Shown: positions 38,810 to 48,390 of the stretch, piece by piece
Position numbering within the stretch: the stretch's first letter is position 1
How the letters are laid out: each line of letters starts with the position of its first letter
IMG/VR virus record: IMGVR_UViG_3300037247_001116
Coordinates: 38,659-102,658 of that record
From: a virus
Length of the DNA: 64,000 nt
Strand: one strand, 5' to 3'
Notes under the pieces: model-generated
The model's database searches: none
Told to the model about the DNA's origin: nothing
What the model saw: only the letters and a program-made list of their open reading frames with translations
Program-made: the position numbers and the translations under genes

Positions 38810-39705
38810 TATTTTCCCTTAATTTTTGTGCGTTCTAAATGTATATATTTTACCCAACTTTTTAATTCCCACTTTAGTTTAAGGTACTCTTTCCCCATTC
38901 GCATATTCTTATTTCGTAACTGTTTGTATTTATTGTCTATACAAGGTGCGTATTCTCCTTCACAATAATTTGTCCAACCGACTTTATACCCCTCTTGTTT
39001 GTATCTCCAAAAGAAATCTTCATGTTCAGCCATTTTTAAATTATCATCCCACCTAACGTCCAAAAGCGATTTAGTTGATGCTAAAAAGAAATTGCGAACA
39101 ATATCACAATGAAAAATATTTATAACTCTTCCAACCATCGGCGATGTTCCATCACCACATATCCAGTCTTCTGATGGCTTCATATTATCCAGCATTGCGT
39201 ATTCTTCATCGGGTCGTTCAGTTTTATCAATAAAATCTAATATAAATGAATTTTTTAAATCTAATTTTGCTTCCCAACCTATTCTGTCTTTTAATTCAAA
39301 ACCCAACAAATCAATTCCAAATCCGCGATTGTAACTTAAAAACCTTGTTAAACAACTCACCTGTTGCATGGATTCTGTAAACTTAATTGAGTCAGCCCCG
39401 ATCAGGCAATAATTAACACCTAATTCATGTGCCTTTTCAACTAATTTATTTCTTGCATAAGACAATCCACAATCAAAGGGTAATTGCACAACTTTGATAT
39501 GGTCGTCATTTAGAGTTCTGGTATGAGCATAGGCACATGCTGTTTCGTAAAATACGTGTTTTTCAACACTATAATCATCCAGATGGTTTTGATCGCCTAT
39601 CAAAACAACGAAATCATCACTCCAATTATCAATGATGGAATTTAATACTTCCATTAATATGTCGTCTTTTAGAATTGTGGGTATGAGTATAGCTATTTTA
39701 TTCAT
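38809..39705 (-). CDS. GT-A glycosyltransferase-like protein (GT2/GT12-like, degenerate DXD)
   Basis: IAILIPT, LPFDCGLSYARN, CDIVRNFFLA, AEHEDFF; GADS at the DXD position. Confidence 0.8.
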   Translation of the reverse strand: MNKIAILIPTILKDDILMEVLNSIIDNWSDDFVVLIGDQNHLDDYSVEKHVFYETACAYAHTRTLNDDHIKVVQLPFDCGLSYARNKLVEKAHELGVNYCLIGADSIKFTESMQQVSCLTRFLSYNRGFGIDLLGFELKDRIGWEAKLDLKNSFILDFIDKTERPDEEYAMLDNMKPSEDWICGDGTSPMVGRVINIFHCDIVRNFFLASTKSLLDVRWDDNLKMAEHEDFFWRYKQEGYKVGWTNYCEGEYAPCIDNKYKQLRNKNMRMGKEYLKLKWELKSWVKYIHLERTKIKGK

Positions 39706-39898
39706 CTTCACCCCTGTTTGGTCTTAGATAATAACATGCTTGTTCTACAGCTATTCCGTATTCCAACGAATCATCCATTCCATTCATAACTAAATCAATT
39801 GAATCCCATCTCCTTAATAGCTCATAAATAACTTTATGAGAATACGGATAATGCTTTGCTAAAACTTTTGCCAATTCTTGTTTTAATGATTCTCTCAT
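39698..39898 (-). CDS. Hypothetical protein, paralog of 62984..63184
   Basis: LAKHYPYS...SIDLV vs MAKYCPFS...SYDLL. Confidence 0.6.
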   Translation of the reverse strand: MRESLKQELAKVLAKHYPYSHKVIYELLRRWDSIDLVMNGMDDSLEYGIAVEQACYYLRPNRGEDE

Positions 39899-39916
39899 TA
39901 TTCACCTTTTGTTATA

Positions 39917-39945
39917 AGTATACCATAATTAATCTTCTGTGTCAA
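39917..39945 (-). promoter_or_regulatory. sigma70-type promoter
   Basis: Reverse complement TTGACA-cagaagattaattatgg-TATACT. Confidence 0.85.
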
Positions 39946-42676
39946 GTCCAAACACCCTCCACTTTTGTCCAGATCCGTACAGATTACTTAAATAAGGAAG
40001 GCTTGGGAATGGAATATTCCTAGCAACTCCAAAAAAGCCTATCTGTTTTGTTTGTGCAGGATAAGACCCACAAATATTAACTTTCAATTTTAAATTTAAT
40101 TGTTTAATGATCTCAGATGCCTTTTTTAAATCTTTCACAGCAAGATATAATTCGTCTGGTTTAATTTTTAATTCACCAAACCGCACAGCATCTAAACAAG
40201 TTGTTTTTATTAAACAATATTCAACCTTTTCTCTTTGGAAATAAGAATCTAACAATCTGAATTCTTCCTTGATTGATGAATTTTGCGGATTAATATTTGG
40301 GTCTTTATTTGCGACCACTTTAAAAATCGGGTTCTTTTCGCCTAGCTCCTCTTTGTAAAGTGTTTCATAAATTTGTAATAAATTTTGTGGTGTGTAAACT
40401 TCTATTCTCCAAGTTTTTAAAATATTCTTTCTCCAATCATCAATATTTTCAGGATGCAGTATAGAATCAAGAAGGGTGGATTCTAATGAATTTATGTCTG
40501 TTTTTAAAGCTGGGAACCATTGTCCACTATAGTTTGTTAATGGAACAGCATTTAATAATGCCGCCTCTATAGTTGTGTTATGAGCTTTTTCATAATTATC
40601 ATCCACATCATCAATCAAGATATCACAAAGTGCTTTTTCCTGTAAATTTTCTTCATAAGGCAAGCCCTCAATCAATTTAAAATTAAAACAAATATCACTT
40701 CTCAATTTCAATTTTTTAATAATATTCATTACATCGTCATATCGCTTACTTCCTATCCCAACATTTTCATGATTCGTAGGTGAAAACCCTATCGTAATGG
40801 GAGATTCAGCTTTCTTTATAAAATTTAATCCGAATAACATCTTGACTAAAGGCACATATGTCGTCGAGATATCGTTAAACATTTTCTTCTGCAACGGTTG
40901 ATCAGCAACAGTCACTGTACCAAATGATTTTAACTTATCTAAATAATTCCTATTGAATTCACTATCTTTATATTGCAAAGAATTCGTCAGATTATATACT
41001 GTGCTTATCACTCTCTTCCCTTTTAAATAGGGTTCGATCTCTTTCCAAGAATCGTGGTGAATATGTACAATATCTGCTTCTTGAATTGCTTTAATACATT
41101 CTGCTTCCTCATCTTCCCAAAATAAGTCATGTGGAAATGCACGATATGGTATTGAACCTATTTTTTTGCTATATCCATGTCCTAAAATATAACGCGATTC
41201 AAATTTGCCCGAATATGCATTGAGGAGTTTTGACAGTTCATATCCACTATTGGCACATGGAATCCTTGCTATTTGCACAACCTTGATTTTCTTATAGTCA
41301 GGTTCTTTACAAGCAATATCATTGATATTTTTTTCATATACTCTTATAAAATGTGCTTCGTCTTTCAATCCCCATTTATCTAAAAACATCTTTGTATATT
41401 CAGGATTGCTTCTAAAAGATTTGTATTCTTTTGAAACACTAGATGTGATATGTTTACATGTGGTATTTGGATAATGGCACACTTTCCATTTATTTGATTG
41501 TTTAATTCTTAAAAAATGATCCGTATGTTCTACTAATTTAAGATCGTTATCCAATGGTATTTCTTCCAAAACCTCTCGTTTTGCTAAAAAGAAATTTAAA
41601 ACAATATCTGTATAAAAATATATGAGTTCTTTATGTTTTTTTGTTGTATTATATACATGAACCTTCTGCGCCTCATTTAATTTTTGAATTCTAAATAAAT
41701 AACGTCCGCGCTCTTTTTCTTCAAAAACCAAATCAGCATGATAGGGAGGTCTGTTCTCTATATTACCACCAACAATCCCATTGTTTTCTCTGTGATTTAA
41801 TATTTCAAGAAAAGCACCAAGATCTGTATTGGCTGTAAATTCGAAATCGTCGTCAACAATCATCACATATGGCTCAACACTTTTCTCAACCAAATAATTC
41901 CTATTATATGAAAGTCCAGAGTTAAAAGGAGTCTTATATACTTTATGACCACCTTTTTCCAGTTTTTTATAAAATTCAGTCTTTGTTTCAGACCATTCTT
42001 TGTGACCTTGATCGGCAACATAAATCCTAACCCATTTCCTAAATGTATTATCACGATCACATCTTTTTAAAATAGAATCAACCGATTTCATTAACCGTTC
42101 ATCTCTTAAAAAAGTTGGAATCAAAATAGCGATGGTTCGATGGTCTTCATCAAATGATTGTAGTTTTGTATGACTCCATTTTGTGTCTGGTGTTTTCCAA
42201 TCACCATAATTTTCTGTAAGATGAGATTCTGGTTTACCAGGGATAGTAAACTTATGTTTTAAAAATTTAACTGTTTTTAGTGGATAGATATTCTCTTTTG
42301 CGAATTTCATTCCAGATTCGATATTGATACCGCTTTGTGCTTTATTGCCCAAGTATGCGGATGAATACATTATATTATTTTTTTCTGTATAAAAGAATAA
42401 ATCAATATGTGCTTTATCATTTTCATATAATGCGATCTCTGTCCTCCAAAGTCTTTTGATTTTTAAAACATCTTGAGATTCTAAAAGATTCCTAACTTTC
42501 CAATAATCTTTCTGATTCAGACCTATATCAATGTCATGAGTATCATGTTCTAAGAAGTTCTGTTCTCTTATCGCCCCCAATAAAGTACCATATGCTAACC
42601 AATATTCAATATTGTTATCAGTCAGTAGTGTTTTGAGTTTCATTAAAAGTTTTAATTGTGCTGTCATTATCGCCAT
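39929..42676 (-). CDS. LicD + GT-A (B4GALNT-like) + GT-B-like + degenerate LicD fusion protein
   Basis: YWLAYGTLLGAIRE...DIDIG; PTFLR...VDDDFEFT...NFFLA...VEH; ADIVHIH...CDILID; C-terminal YCLIKTTCLDAVR...YLSNLYG. Confidence 0.85.
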   Translation of the reverse strand: MAIMTAQLKLLMKLKTLLTDNNIEYWLAYGTLLGAIREQNFLEHDTHDIDIGLNQKDYWKVRNLLESQDVLKIKRLWRTEIALYENDKAHIDLFFYTEKNNIMYSSAYLGNKAQSGINIESGMKFAKENIYPLKTVKFLKHKFTIPGKPESHLTENYGDWKTPDTKWSHTKLQSFDEDHRTIAILIPTFLRDERLMKSVDSILKRCDRDNTFRKWVRIYVADQGHKEWSETKTEFYKKLEKGGHKVYKTPFNSGLSYNRNYLVEKSVEPYVMIVDDDFEFTANTDLGAFLEILNHRENNGIVGGNIENRPPYHADLVFEEKERGRYLFRIQKLNEAQKVHVYNTTKKHKELIYFYTDIVLNFFLAKREVLEEIPLDNDLKLVEHTDHFLRIKQSNKWKVCHYPNTTCKHITSSVSKEYKSFRSNPEYTKMFLDKWGLKDEAHFIRVYEKNINDIACKEPDYKKIKVVQIARIPCANSGYELSKLLNAYSGKFESRYILGHGYSKKIGSIPYRAFPHDLFWEDEEAECIKAIQEADIVHIHHDSWKEIEPYLKGKRVISTVYNLTNSLQYKDSEFNRNYLDKLKSFGTVTVADQPLQKKMFNDISTTYVPLVKMLFGLNFIKKAESPITIGFSPTNHENVGIGSKRYDDVMNIIKKLKLRSDICFNFKLIEGLPYEENLQEKALCDILIDDVDDNYEKAHNTTIEAALLNAVPLTNYSGQWFPALKTDINSLESTLLDSILHPENIDDWRKNILKTWRIEVYTPQNLLQIYETLYKEELGEKNPIFKVVANKDPNINPQNSSIKEEFRLLDSYFQREKVEYCLIKTTCLDAVRFGELKIKPDELYLAVKDLKKASEIIKQLNLKLKVNICGSYPAQTKQIGFFGVARNIPFPSLPYLSNLYGSGQKWRVFGLDTED

Positions 42677-42677
42677 C

Positions 42678-43286
42678 CTATTTATAGTTATGCATCCATT
42701 TTTTCACTTTAAATGATTTTGTTTTTGGCTTAGATGTTATCCACTCTTTTCCATAAAGATGTTTTAAAAGTAATTTGGAATTTTTAGGAGCAACCATATC
42801 AATATCCCTTATTTTTTCTGAAGTAAAAGGAACAATTTCTGACTTGTCTATTTCCCCATATAAGTGAGGGGCTAAATAGAATCCATTGTTTATTACCCAT
42901 GAGCTAAATACATCAACATAAAGCAAGTCATCGGGGGTTCTTACATGCATTTGCCCTGCGAAATTTAGATCTAAATCTTTTACTGTAGGATGTAATATTC
43001 CCTTTCTGTTTATCCAAATCTTCCCTAACAGCCCATGTTTGATCAATACAGCCGCGATATAATATAGCTCTTGTCTAATTTCAGGCATTGTTGAATATTT
43101 AGAAATGTACGCGATATCAATGTCATTATCATGCCCAATAACATTGTTCTCTCTTATCGCCCCCAGGAGCGTTCCGTAGCACATATATGCGTGTACACCA
43201 CACTTGGTCTTGAAGAATTTAATCAATTCTTTCGTAGCCAAGAGATGTTTATAGATAGTTTCTGGTTTTCGATGCGAAAAAGCCAT
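42678..43286 (-). CDS. LicD/fukutin-family phosphotransferase
   Basis: YGTLLGAIRENNVIGHDNDIDIAY, VDVF, LKHLYG. Confidence 0.9.
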   Translation of the reverse strand: MAFSHRKPETIYKHLLATKELIKFFKTKCGVHAYMCYGTLLGAIRENNVIGHDNDIDIAYISKYSTMPEIRQELYYIAAVLIKHGLLGKIWINRKGILHPTVKDLDLNFAGQMHVRTPDDLLYVDVFSSWVINNGFYLAPHLYGEIDKSEIVPFTSEKIRDIDMVAPKNSKLLLKHLYGKEWITSKPKTKSFKVKKWMHNYK

Positions 43287-43288
43287 AC

Positions 43289-43741
43289 TTACCTCTCGTT
43301 TCTTTTATTTAGATTCTCAGTGATTTTATCAGACATTTCTATGATATCTTTTTTGATTTTCGAAGTTGAAAGTCTTTTTGTGTATGGAATCCACACCATT
43401 TTGTTATTATCTCTTAACCAATTAATATCATCATTCTCATAATTGTTTTCCCAATCATTACCTAAAGCAAATAAAGCGTTGTCGGTATCTTTAAAAAGTC
43501 TTAAATCTACTAAACTTATCTGTTTATAAACAACATCTACACATCTAAGTTCTTTGATAATCGCGGCTCTATCTTCAAGACAAACCACAGGTTTTATACC
43601 CTTATATGATTCGATGAGTTCATCTGTAGACACACCAACGACTAAAACACTGCCTAATTTTTTTGCTTCTAAAAGAATATTCAGATGACCAAAATGAAAT
43701 AGGTCAAAACATCCGCTTGTGAAAATAATTTTTCTATTCAA
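43289..43741 (-). CDS. TagD-like (polyol-phosphate) cytidylyltransferase
   Basis: GCFDLFHFGH, LVVGVSTD, GNDW, YTKRLSTS. Confidence 0.9.
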   Translation of the reverse strand: MNRKIIFTSGCFDLFHFGHLNILLEAKKLGSVLVVGVSTDELIESYKGIKPVVCLEDRAAIIKELRCVDVVYKQISLVDLRLFKDTDNALFALGNDWENNYENDDINWLRDNNKMVWIPYTKRLSTSKIKKDIIEMSDKITENLNKRNER

Positions 43742-44456
43742 GGTGGAATCCTCCGTCTACACAAATTGTTTGACCGTTCACATAATCGTTTTCGATAATG
43801 AATTGACAGGCTTTTGCGACTTCCTCTTTTGTGCCTAACCTTCTCATCGTGATCTGTTTCTTAATTCTATCTATTTGTTCTTTGCTTTTATCTACATGCC
43901 ACTTTGTTGCTATAAATCCTGGTGCGACGGTATTGACAGTTATCTTCCTTTTTCCCAAATCTCGCGCCAAATATTTAGTTAAAATTTCTAAACTTCCTTT
44001 AGACACTCCGTAAGGGATAGATACCGAGTTTGCTACATGTCCAGTAACACTTCCTATAAAAATAATTCTTTTCTTAATAAGAGGTAAAAGTTTCTGTATT
44101 AAAAAGAATGGATGTGTTAAATTCATATTCATAACATCATTCCACTCCTTCATAGAAATTTCTTCCAAAGGTTTTCTACATGTAGCACCGACATTCAAAA
44201 TAAGATTATCAACTTCTAAATTATTTAGAATCAAGAAATCATATAGTGTGGTTATATTTGTAACAACAGATAGATCTATATTGTGCAATATTTCAAACTG
44301 AGAATAATCTTTAGAAACTTCGTTATATAATTTCTTGCATTTCTTTTTATCCCTGCCTGTAAAAATGACCTTATGCCCTTTCATAAGACAAGTCATTCCT
44401 ATTTGTTTGCCTATCCCACTTGTAGAGCCTGTGATTAATGTGGTTTCTTTAATCAT
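43734..44456 (-). CDS. SDR family oxidoreductase
   Basis: TGSTSGIG, YGVSK, VNTVAPG, VDGG. Confidence 0.92.
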   Translation of the reverse strand: MIKETTLITGSTSGIGKQIGMTCLMKGHKVIFTGRDKKKCKKLYNEVSKDYSQFEILHNIDLSVVTNITTLYDFLILNNLEVDNLILNVGATCRKPLEEISMKEWNDVMNMNLTHPFFLIQKLLPLIKKRIIFIGSVTGHVANSVSIPYGVSKGSLEILTKYLARDLGKRKITVNTVAPGFIATKWHVDKSKEQIDRIKKQITMRRLGTKEEVAKACQFIIENDYVNGQTICVDGGFHLE

Positions 44457-44940
44457 ATAATACCAATCCTATTCTGTAAATATTGTTTTTAACTGGAAAT
44501 GTAACATCGACATTATATTGTTTCATTAATTTAACCACGTTCACTCCTGTGGCTTCCAATGGCACGATAGCATTTTGTGGTTGTCTACAAGGAAACGCGC
44601 AATCTTTTGGACACAATTTGCATGAGCCAGCACCAAATAGGGCTATCAAAAAATGTCCGTCAGCAAATAACATTTCTCTTTCCTTTAATAAATGGTGATG
44701 TATTGCTAAACTGCTCTCTTTACCAACTATTTTCCAATCCGCTAAATCTGCACATTCAAATGTGTCATACCAAATAACACCGTGCTTATATTGTCTTAAT
44801 AGTTTTTCATAATATTCGACAGATTCGGTGTGTGGTGGACAAGTCGCTTTGAAGTCATAACGCTTACAACTTTTGCACATCTCTATGACTTTATTATCAA
44901 ATGCGAGAATCTTTGGATTTATAACTATGCTTTTCATCAT
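44449..44940 (-). CDS. DUF2284-like Cys-rich metal-binding protein
   Basis: CKSC...TCPP, GAGSCKLC...C...PCRQP, LEATGVNV. Confidence 0.8.
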   Translation of the reverse strand: MMKSIVINPKILAFDNKVIEMCKSCKRYDFKATCPPHTESVEYYEKLLRQYKHGVIWYDTFECADLADWKIVGKESSLAIHHHLLKEREMLFADGHFLIALFGAGSCKLCPKDCAFPCRQPQNAIVPLEATGVNVVKLMKQYNVDVTFPVKNNIYRIGLVLYD

Positions 44941-45185
44941 TATTCAACCCCATTTAAAAGTTCTATGATTTGATTTTCAAATATGTGAAAATTTTCATGT
45001 GGAAAACTGAATTTACCACTTTCCAATCTTATCAATTTATAATATGATGATAACCTCGCATCGCCACTTTTATATACTGTTAAACAAAGTTTCTCCTTTG
45101 AATATGATGCACTACTTTTATCTCCGCTATGTGAGTATAAACTATAGCCTAATTTTTTAGCTTCTTCTTCGCCTGGAAAATTCAT
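44940..45185 (-). CDS. Hypothetical protein
   Basis: ORF track. Confidence 0.55.
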   Translation of the reverse strand: MNFPGEEEAKKLGYSLYSHSGDKSSASYSKEKLCLTVYKSGDARLSSYYKLIRLESGKFSFPHENFHIFENQIIELLNGVE

Positions 45186-45187
45186 AA

Positions 45188-45610
45188 TTACCTTATGTAA
45201 ATATCTATTGGAATTTTTTTAGTTATTGCTAACGAAATTGAATGCTTAGTGCCTACACTCGTTCCGTTCCAAAAAGCTATTACTTTATCTGCTTCATCAA
45301 TAATTAATTGATTCCTAATAAACCCTGCCCTTTTACCATATCTATCCCAATCAGGTAATAAAATGATTTTCTTAAATTGTTTTGGTGTTGTAGAATAACT
45401 ATATGCAATTTTATTCCATTCATCAATAGTTTTTTCTGCAAAAATATCAACACCCTTTGCTCCACCACTTATTAAAATATCTCCACCTGAAAATCCATCG
45501 ATTAGAATATAATGAGCAAATCTTTCTTTGTCTTTATCAACAATATATTTTCCACTTTTATAATCATAAATTAAAAAGAAATCTCTACTTCCGACAACGG
45601 CTATTTTCAT
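45188..45610 (-). CDS. SLOG family (YspA/DUF2493-like) protein
   Basis: IAVVGSRDF, ISGGAKGVD, AGFIRN, AFWNGTSVGT. Confidence 0.85.
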   Translation of the reverse strand: MKIAVVGSRDFFLIYDYKSGKYIVDKDKERFAHYILIDGFSGGDILISGGAKGVDIFAEKTIDEWNKIAYSYSTTPKQFKKIILLPDWDRYGKRAGFIRNQLIIDEADKVIAFWNGTSVGTKHSISLAITKKIPIDIYIR

Positions 45611-46526
45611 ATTCTGTTCTCCCTAATATCTGAAATTCTGCCATTTATTTTCATAATTTCGCATAAAAGCATTTCTGGACATACAGTTCCAACCATAGAT
45701 TGTATTAATTTATATCTAATTTTAGTTTGTTGGATTAATTTATCCTTATCTTTGAGAATTAGACATTTATCTAATGATATCATTTTCATAAGTTTATCCT
45801 TGTAAAATTTTGAATGTCTGGAACATGAACTATTAAAACCTTGCCCTGAATTAATTCATTGCTAAAAAGATTGCAAAGAGCTTCTTGTTTTTCTTTAGCA
45901 GTATACGCTATGCGTGACGAATCAAATTCAAGTCGGGGGTCCTCTTTTAAAACCATTATAAGCACTCGTTTATTGCAATCTAATTGTAGCCTGATGGCAT
46001 CAATTAATTCTTGATGAATAGGTATTTCCCTAAAATATGCAGAAATTGTTTCCCAAGTTCTATGATCTCTACTCATTTTCCACCTCGCAATTTAAAAAGT
46101 TTAGGATAGCCTCATGATATTTATCTGTAATAACCCCTTTCAGTTCTTTTTCAATTGATAAATCACCGTTCCTCTTGTATATATCATTTAATTGATTATC
46201 CATGCTCATTAATAGCCCTTTTACACAATCTAGCCTTTGAAATTTATCCATTATTTTTCTCCTTTATAATTTTCATTTTATTCCTCTATTATTAATGTGG
46301 CTCTTTTACATTCGCCTGGTTTTAACCCCATATGTTTTCCTTCGGGCAGTGGTAGAGGTTGATTTGGGTATTCTCCACTCCATCCAATACCACCTTCACC
46401 ATTAACTATTTCATCGCAAAATTCTATTTCATATTGTTCTGGTTTATGTACATGTATACAAGTTTCAGAAAAAGAAGGATACGCGGGTCGAGACGTTCTT
46501 GTTATCCATATTCTTAATTTTTTCAT
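45607..46526 (-). CDS. Run of four small hypothetical ORFs (45607-45789, 45786-46076, 46069-46251, 46278-46526)
   Basis: ORF track; overlapping starts and stops. Confidence 0.55.
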
Positions 46527-46795
46527 TGTTTCTCCTTCGGTAATTTGCCTACCCAAATCCATTCGTCTTTTTTATTAGACCACTTTTTTAATCCATAATA
46601 ATTAATAACAATTAATAGCACTGATAATGCAAATAAACTAATACCTTCAAAACCCATTAATATCGCGAACACAACATAACAAGCATTTCCAGCCACCTGA
46701 CAATGCCAACCTAATATTGATTTCTTGGCTAAAAGCAATGCTCCTAAGAGAAAAGCCACATTGCCTAACCAGCCAAATATAGATAATATAGTCAT
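46523..46795 (-). CDS. Small multi-TM membrane protein (PnuC-like fragment)
   Basis: GWLGN...ILGW...INYYGLKKW. Confidence 0.55.
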   Translation of the reverse strand: MTILSIFGWLGNVAFLLGALLLAKKSILGWHCQVAGNACYVVFAILMGFEGISLFALSVLLIVINYYGLKKWSNKKDEWIWVGKLPKEKQ

Positions 46796-46797
46796 TA

Positions 46798-47130
46798 TTA
46801 ACCTGCCTTTTTACTATCTAAGTTTTCTAGTTGTTTATTCAATTTTGTTAATCTATCACAAGAAGATATTTTCATCATTTCTTGTGCTGTATTGCAATGA
46901 TCGCAATCAATTCTATGTTCTTCTATCCTAGCCCCCAACAACTCGTTTTGATGTTGCTTGTCCTCTATTACCCCTTGCCTCCACATTATAACCCTATATT
47001 CCTTCTCCACCCTCTCTAGTGAGGATTTGAGGAAGGCTTTGATTTCACAAGCAAACGGTGGGTGATATACCCAATCCCCATTCACTCTTGGAAACTTCTC
47101 ATCAAACTCTTTCATGATTTTATTTATCAT
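46798..47130 (-). CDS. Hypothetical protein of an 'ARI(D/E)E' paralog family
   Basis: AGGAG RBS before MINKIMKEFDEKF; GARIEE motif. Confidence 0.6.
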   Translation of the reverse strand: MINKIMKEFDEKFPRVNGDWVYHPPFACEIKAFLKSSLERVEKEYRVIMWRQGVIEDKQHQNELLGARIEEHRIDCDHCNTAQEMMKISSCDRLTKLNKQLENLDSKKAG

Positions 47131-47377
47131 TTTTATCTCCTTTTCTAAGAAGGTAAAACACATACGCTGGGATCAAAAAAATTACAATCGCGATACATAG
47201 CATTGCTATTATTAAACTTTTCATTCTCTAAAATCACTTTCGAATTCTGGTTCCCATATCTTTTGAATTGATTCTGTAAATCCTGGGAATCGTTTATCTA
47301 GTTTAGTTAATAAATCTGACGCACAACAACCACCATCGGCTGTCATCATAATTTTTGCTATTTGAATGATTTCTTTT

Positions 47378-48196
47378 TTAGTCATTAGTTTTCTCCGTTA
47401 TAAACTTTCTAATTTCTTCTCTTGCCTCATTTTGGTCGATATGATTATTCCAAACTCTCAAATAAAAGGAGTCGTAATCGATTTTTTCAAAAAGGTCTAT
47501 CTTTGATTCTGATGATACATTATAAATTTTAATATCTTTCAAATCTTTAAACGGCTTGAACCATTGGTTGTTTAAATTCTCTGTTCTATTATATGTTGAT
47601 GTTGAATATCTTTCGCCCTTCTTTGTTTGCTTTTTCCCAAGTCCTCTATGCATCAATTCCTCCCCAACCTTCTTCCCGTTCACATATAATTCTCTCTTTT
47701 TGTTTAAATCAATCACTCCTTGATAAAAATGTGTTTTGCCGTTAATTTCACAACAATCATAGCCCAATAAATAAATCTCTTTAAATCCTAATGCTATTGC
47801 CACCGTTAATGCCCAAATTCCTACAAGCTGATTGGAATATACCCCTTCTGAAAATGAATCCTTCCCTTTATATCCGCTAGACTTTTTAAGCAAAATAGTG
47901 TTTGGATGTGTAATATCATGTTGATGTCTTTTTAATACAGGACTTGTCTTCCCTATTAATAAAGGCACATGTTTCAAATTTTCATAATTATCTTCATAAA
48001 ATTCGGAATCAACAAATGATAAAAAAGTGGTTGCAGATCCATATTTAAAAAAGTGGTTTAATCCAATAGAATAATTGGTTTTAATAATGGTTTCTAATTT
48101 TATAGGAAGCCCATGATGATTTCTATAATATAAAGAATTCAAAAAAGGAATCGATGCACCTGCACCACAAATTATAATTGGTTTTGTAGTATCCAT
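47378..48196 (-). CDS. Maf/MptE-like (sialyltransferase-like fold) transferase
   Basis: IIICGAGASI, IGLN, AIALGFKEIYLLGYDC...HFY, IYNVS. Confidence 0.7.
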   Translation of the reverse strand: MDTTKPIIICGAGASIPFLNSLYYRNHHGLPIKLETIIKTNYSIGLNHFFKYGSATTFLSFVDSEFYEDNYENLKHVPLLIGKTSPVLKRHQHDITHPNTILLKKSSGYKGKDSFSEGVYSNQLVGIWALTVAIALGFKEIYLLGYDCCEINGKTHFYQGVIDLNKKRELYVNGKKVGEELMHRGLGKKQTKKGERYSTSTYNRTENLNNQWFKPFKDLKDIKIYNVSSESKIDLFEKIDYDSFYLRVWNNHIDQNEAREEIRKFITEKTND

Positions 48197-48390
48197 TATT
48201 CTTTCCTATTTATAAGTTTCATTGACCTGTCTTTATTTCCTATCCCAACAACCTCGTTATCAACCCAAAAGAACTCAATAGTCTCCCCTAACTCCTTCTT
48301 CATTTCTTTTTCCAAATCATCTACCTCAGAGTAATAAGAGTTCTCAATGCTTGTCAGTTTAACGAAATATTTTTGATATTTTTTATTCAT
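48196..48390 (-). CDS. Hypothetical protein
   Basis: ORF track. Confidence 0.5.
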   Translation of the reverse strand: MNKKYQKYFVKLTSIENSYYSEVDDLEKEMKKELGETIEFFWVDNEVVGIGNKDRSMKLINRKE

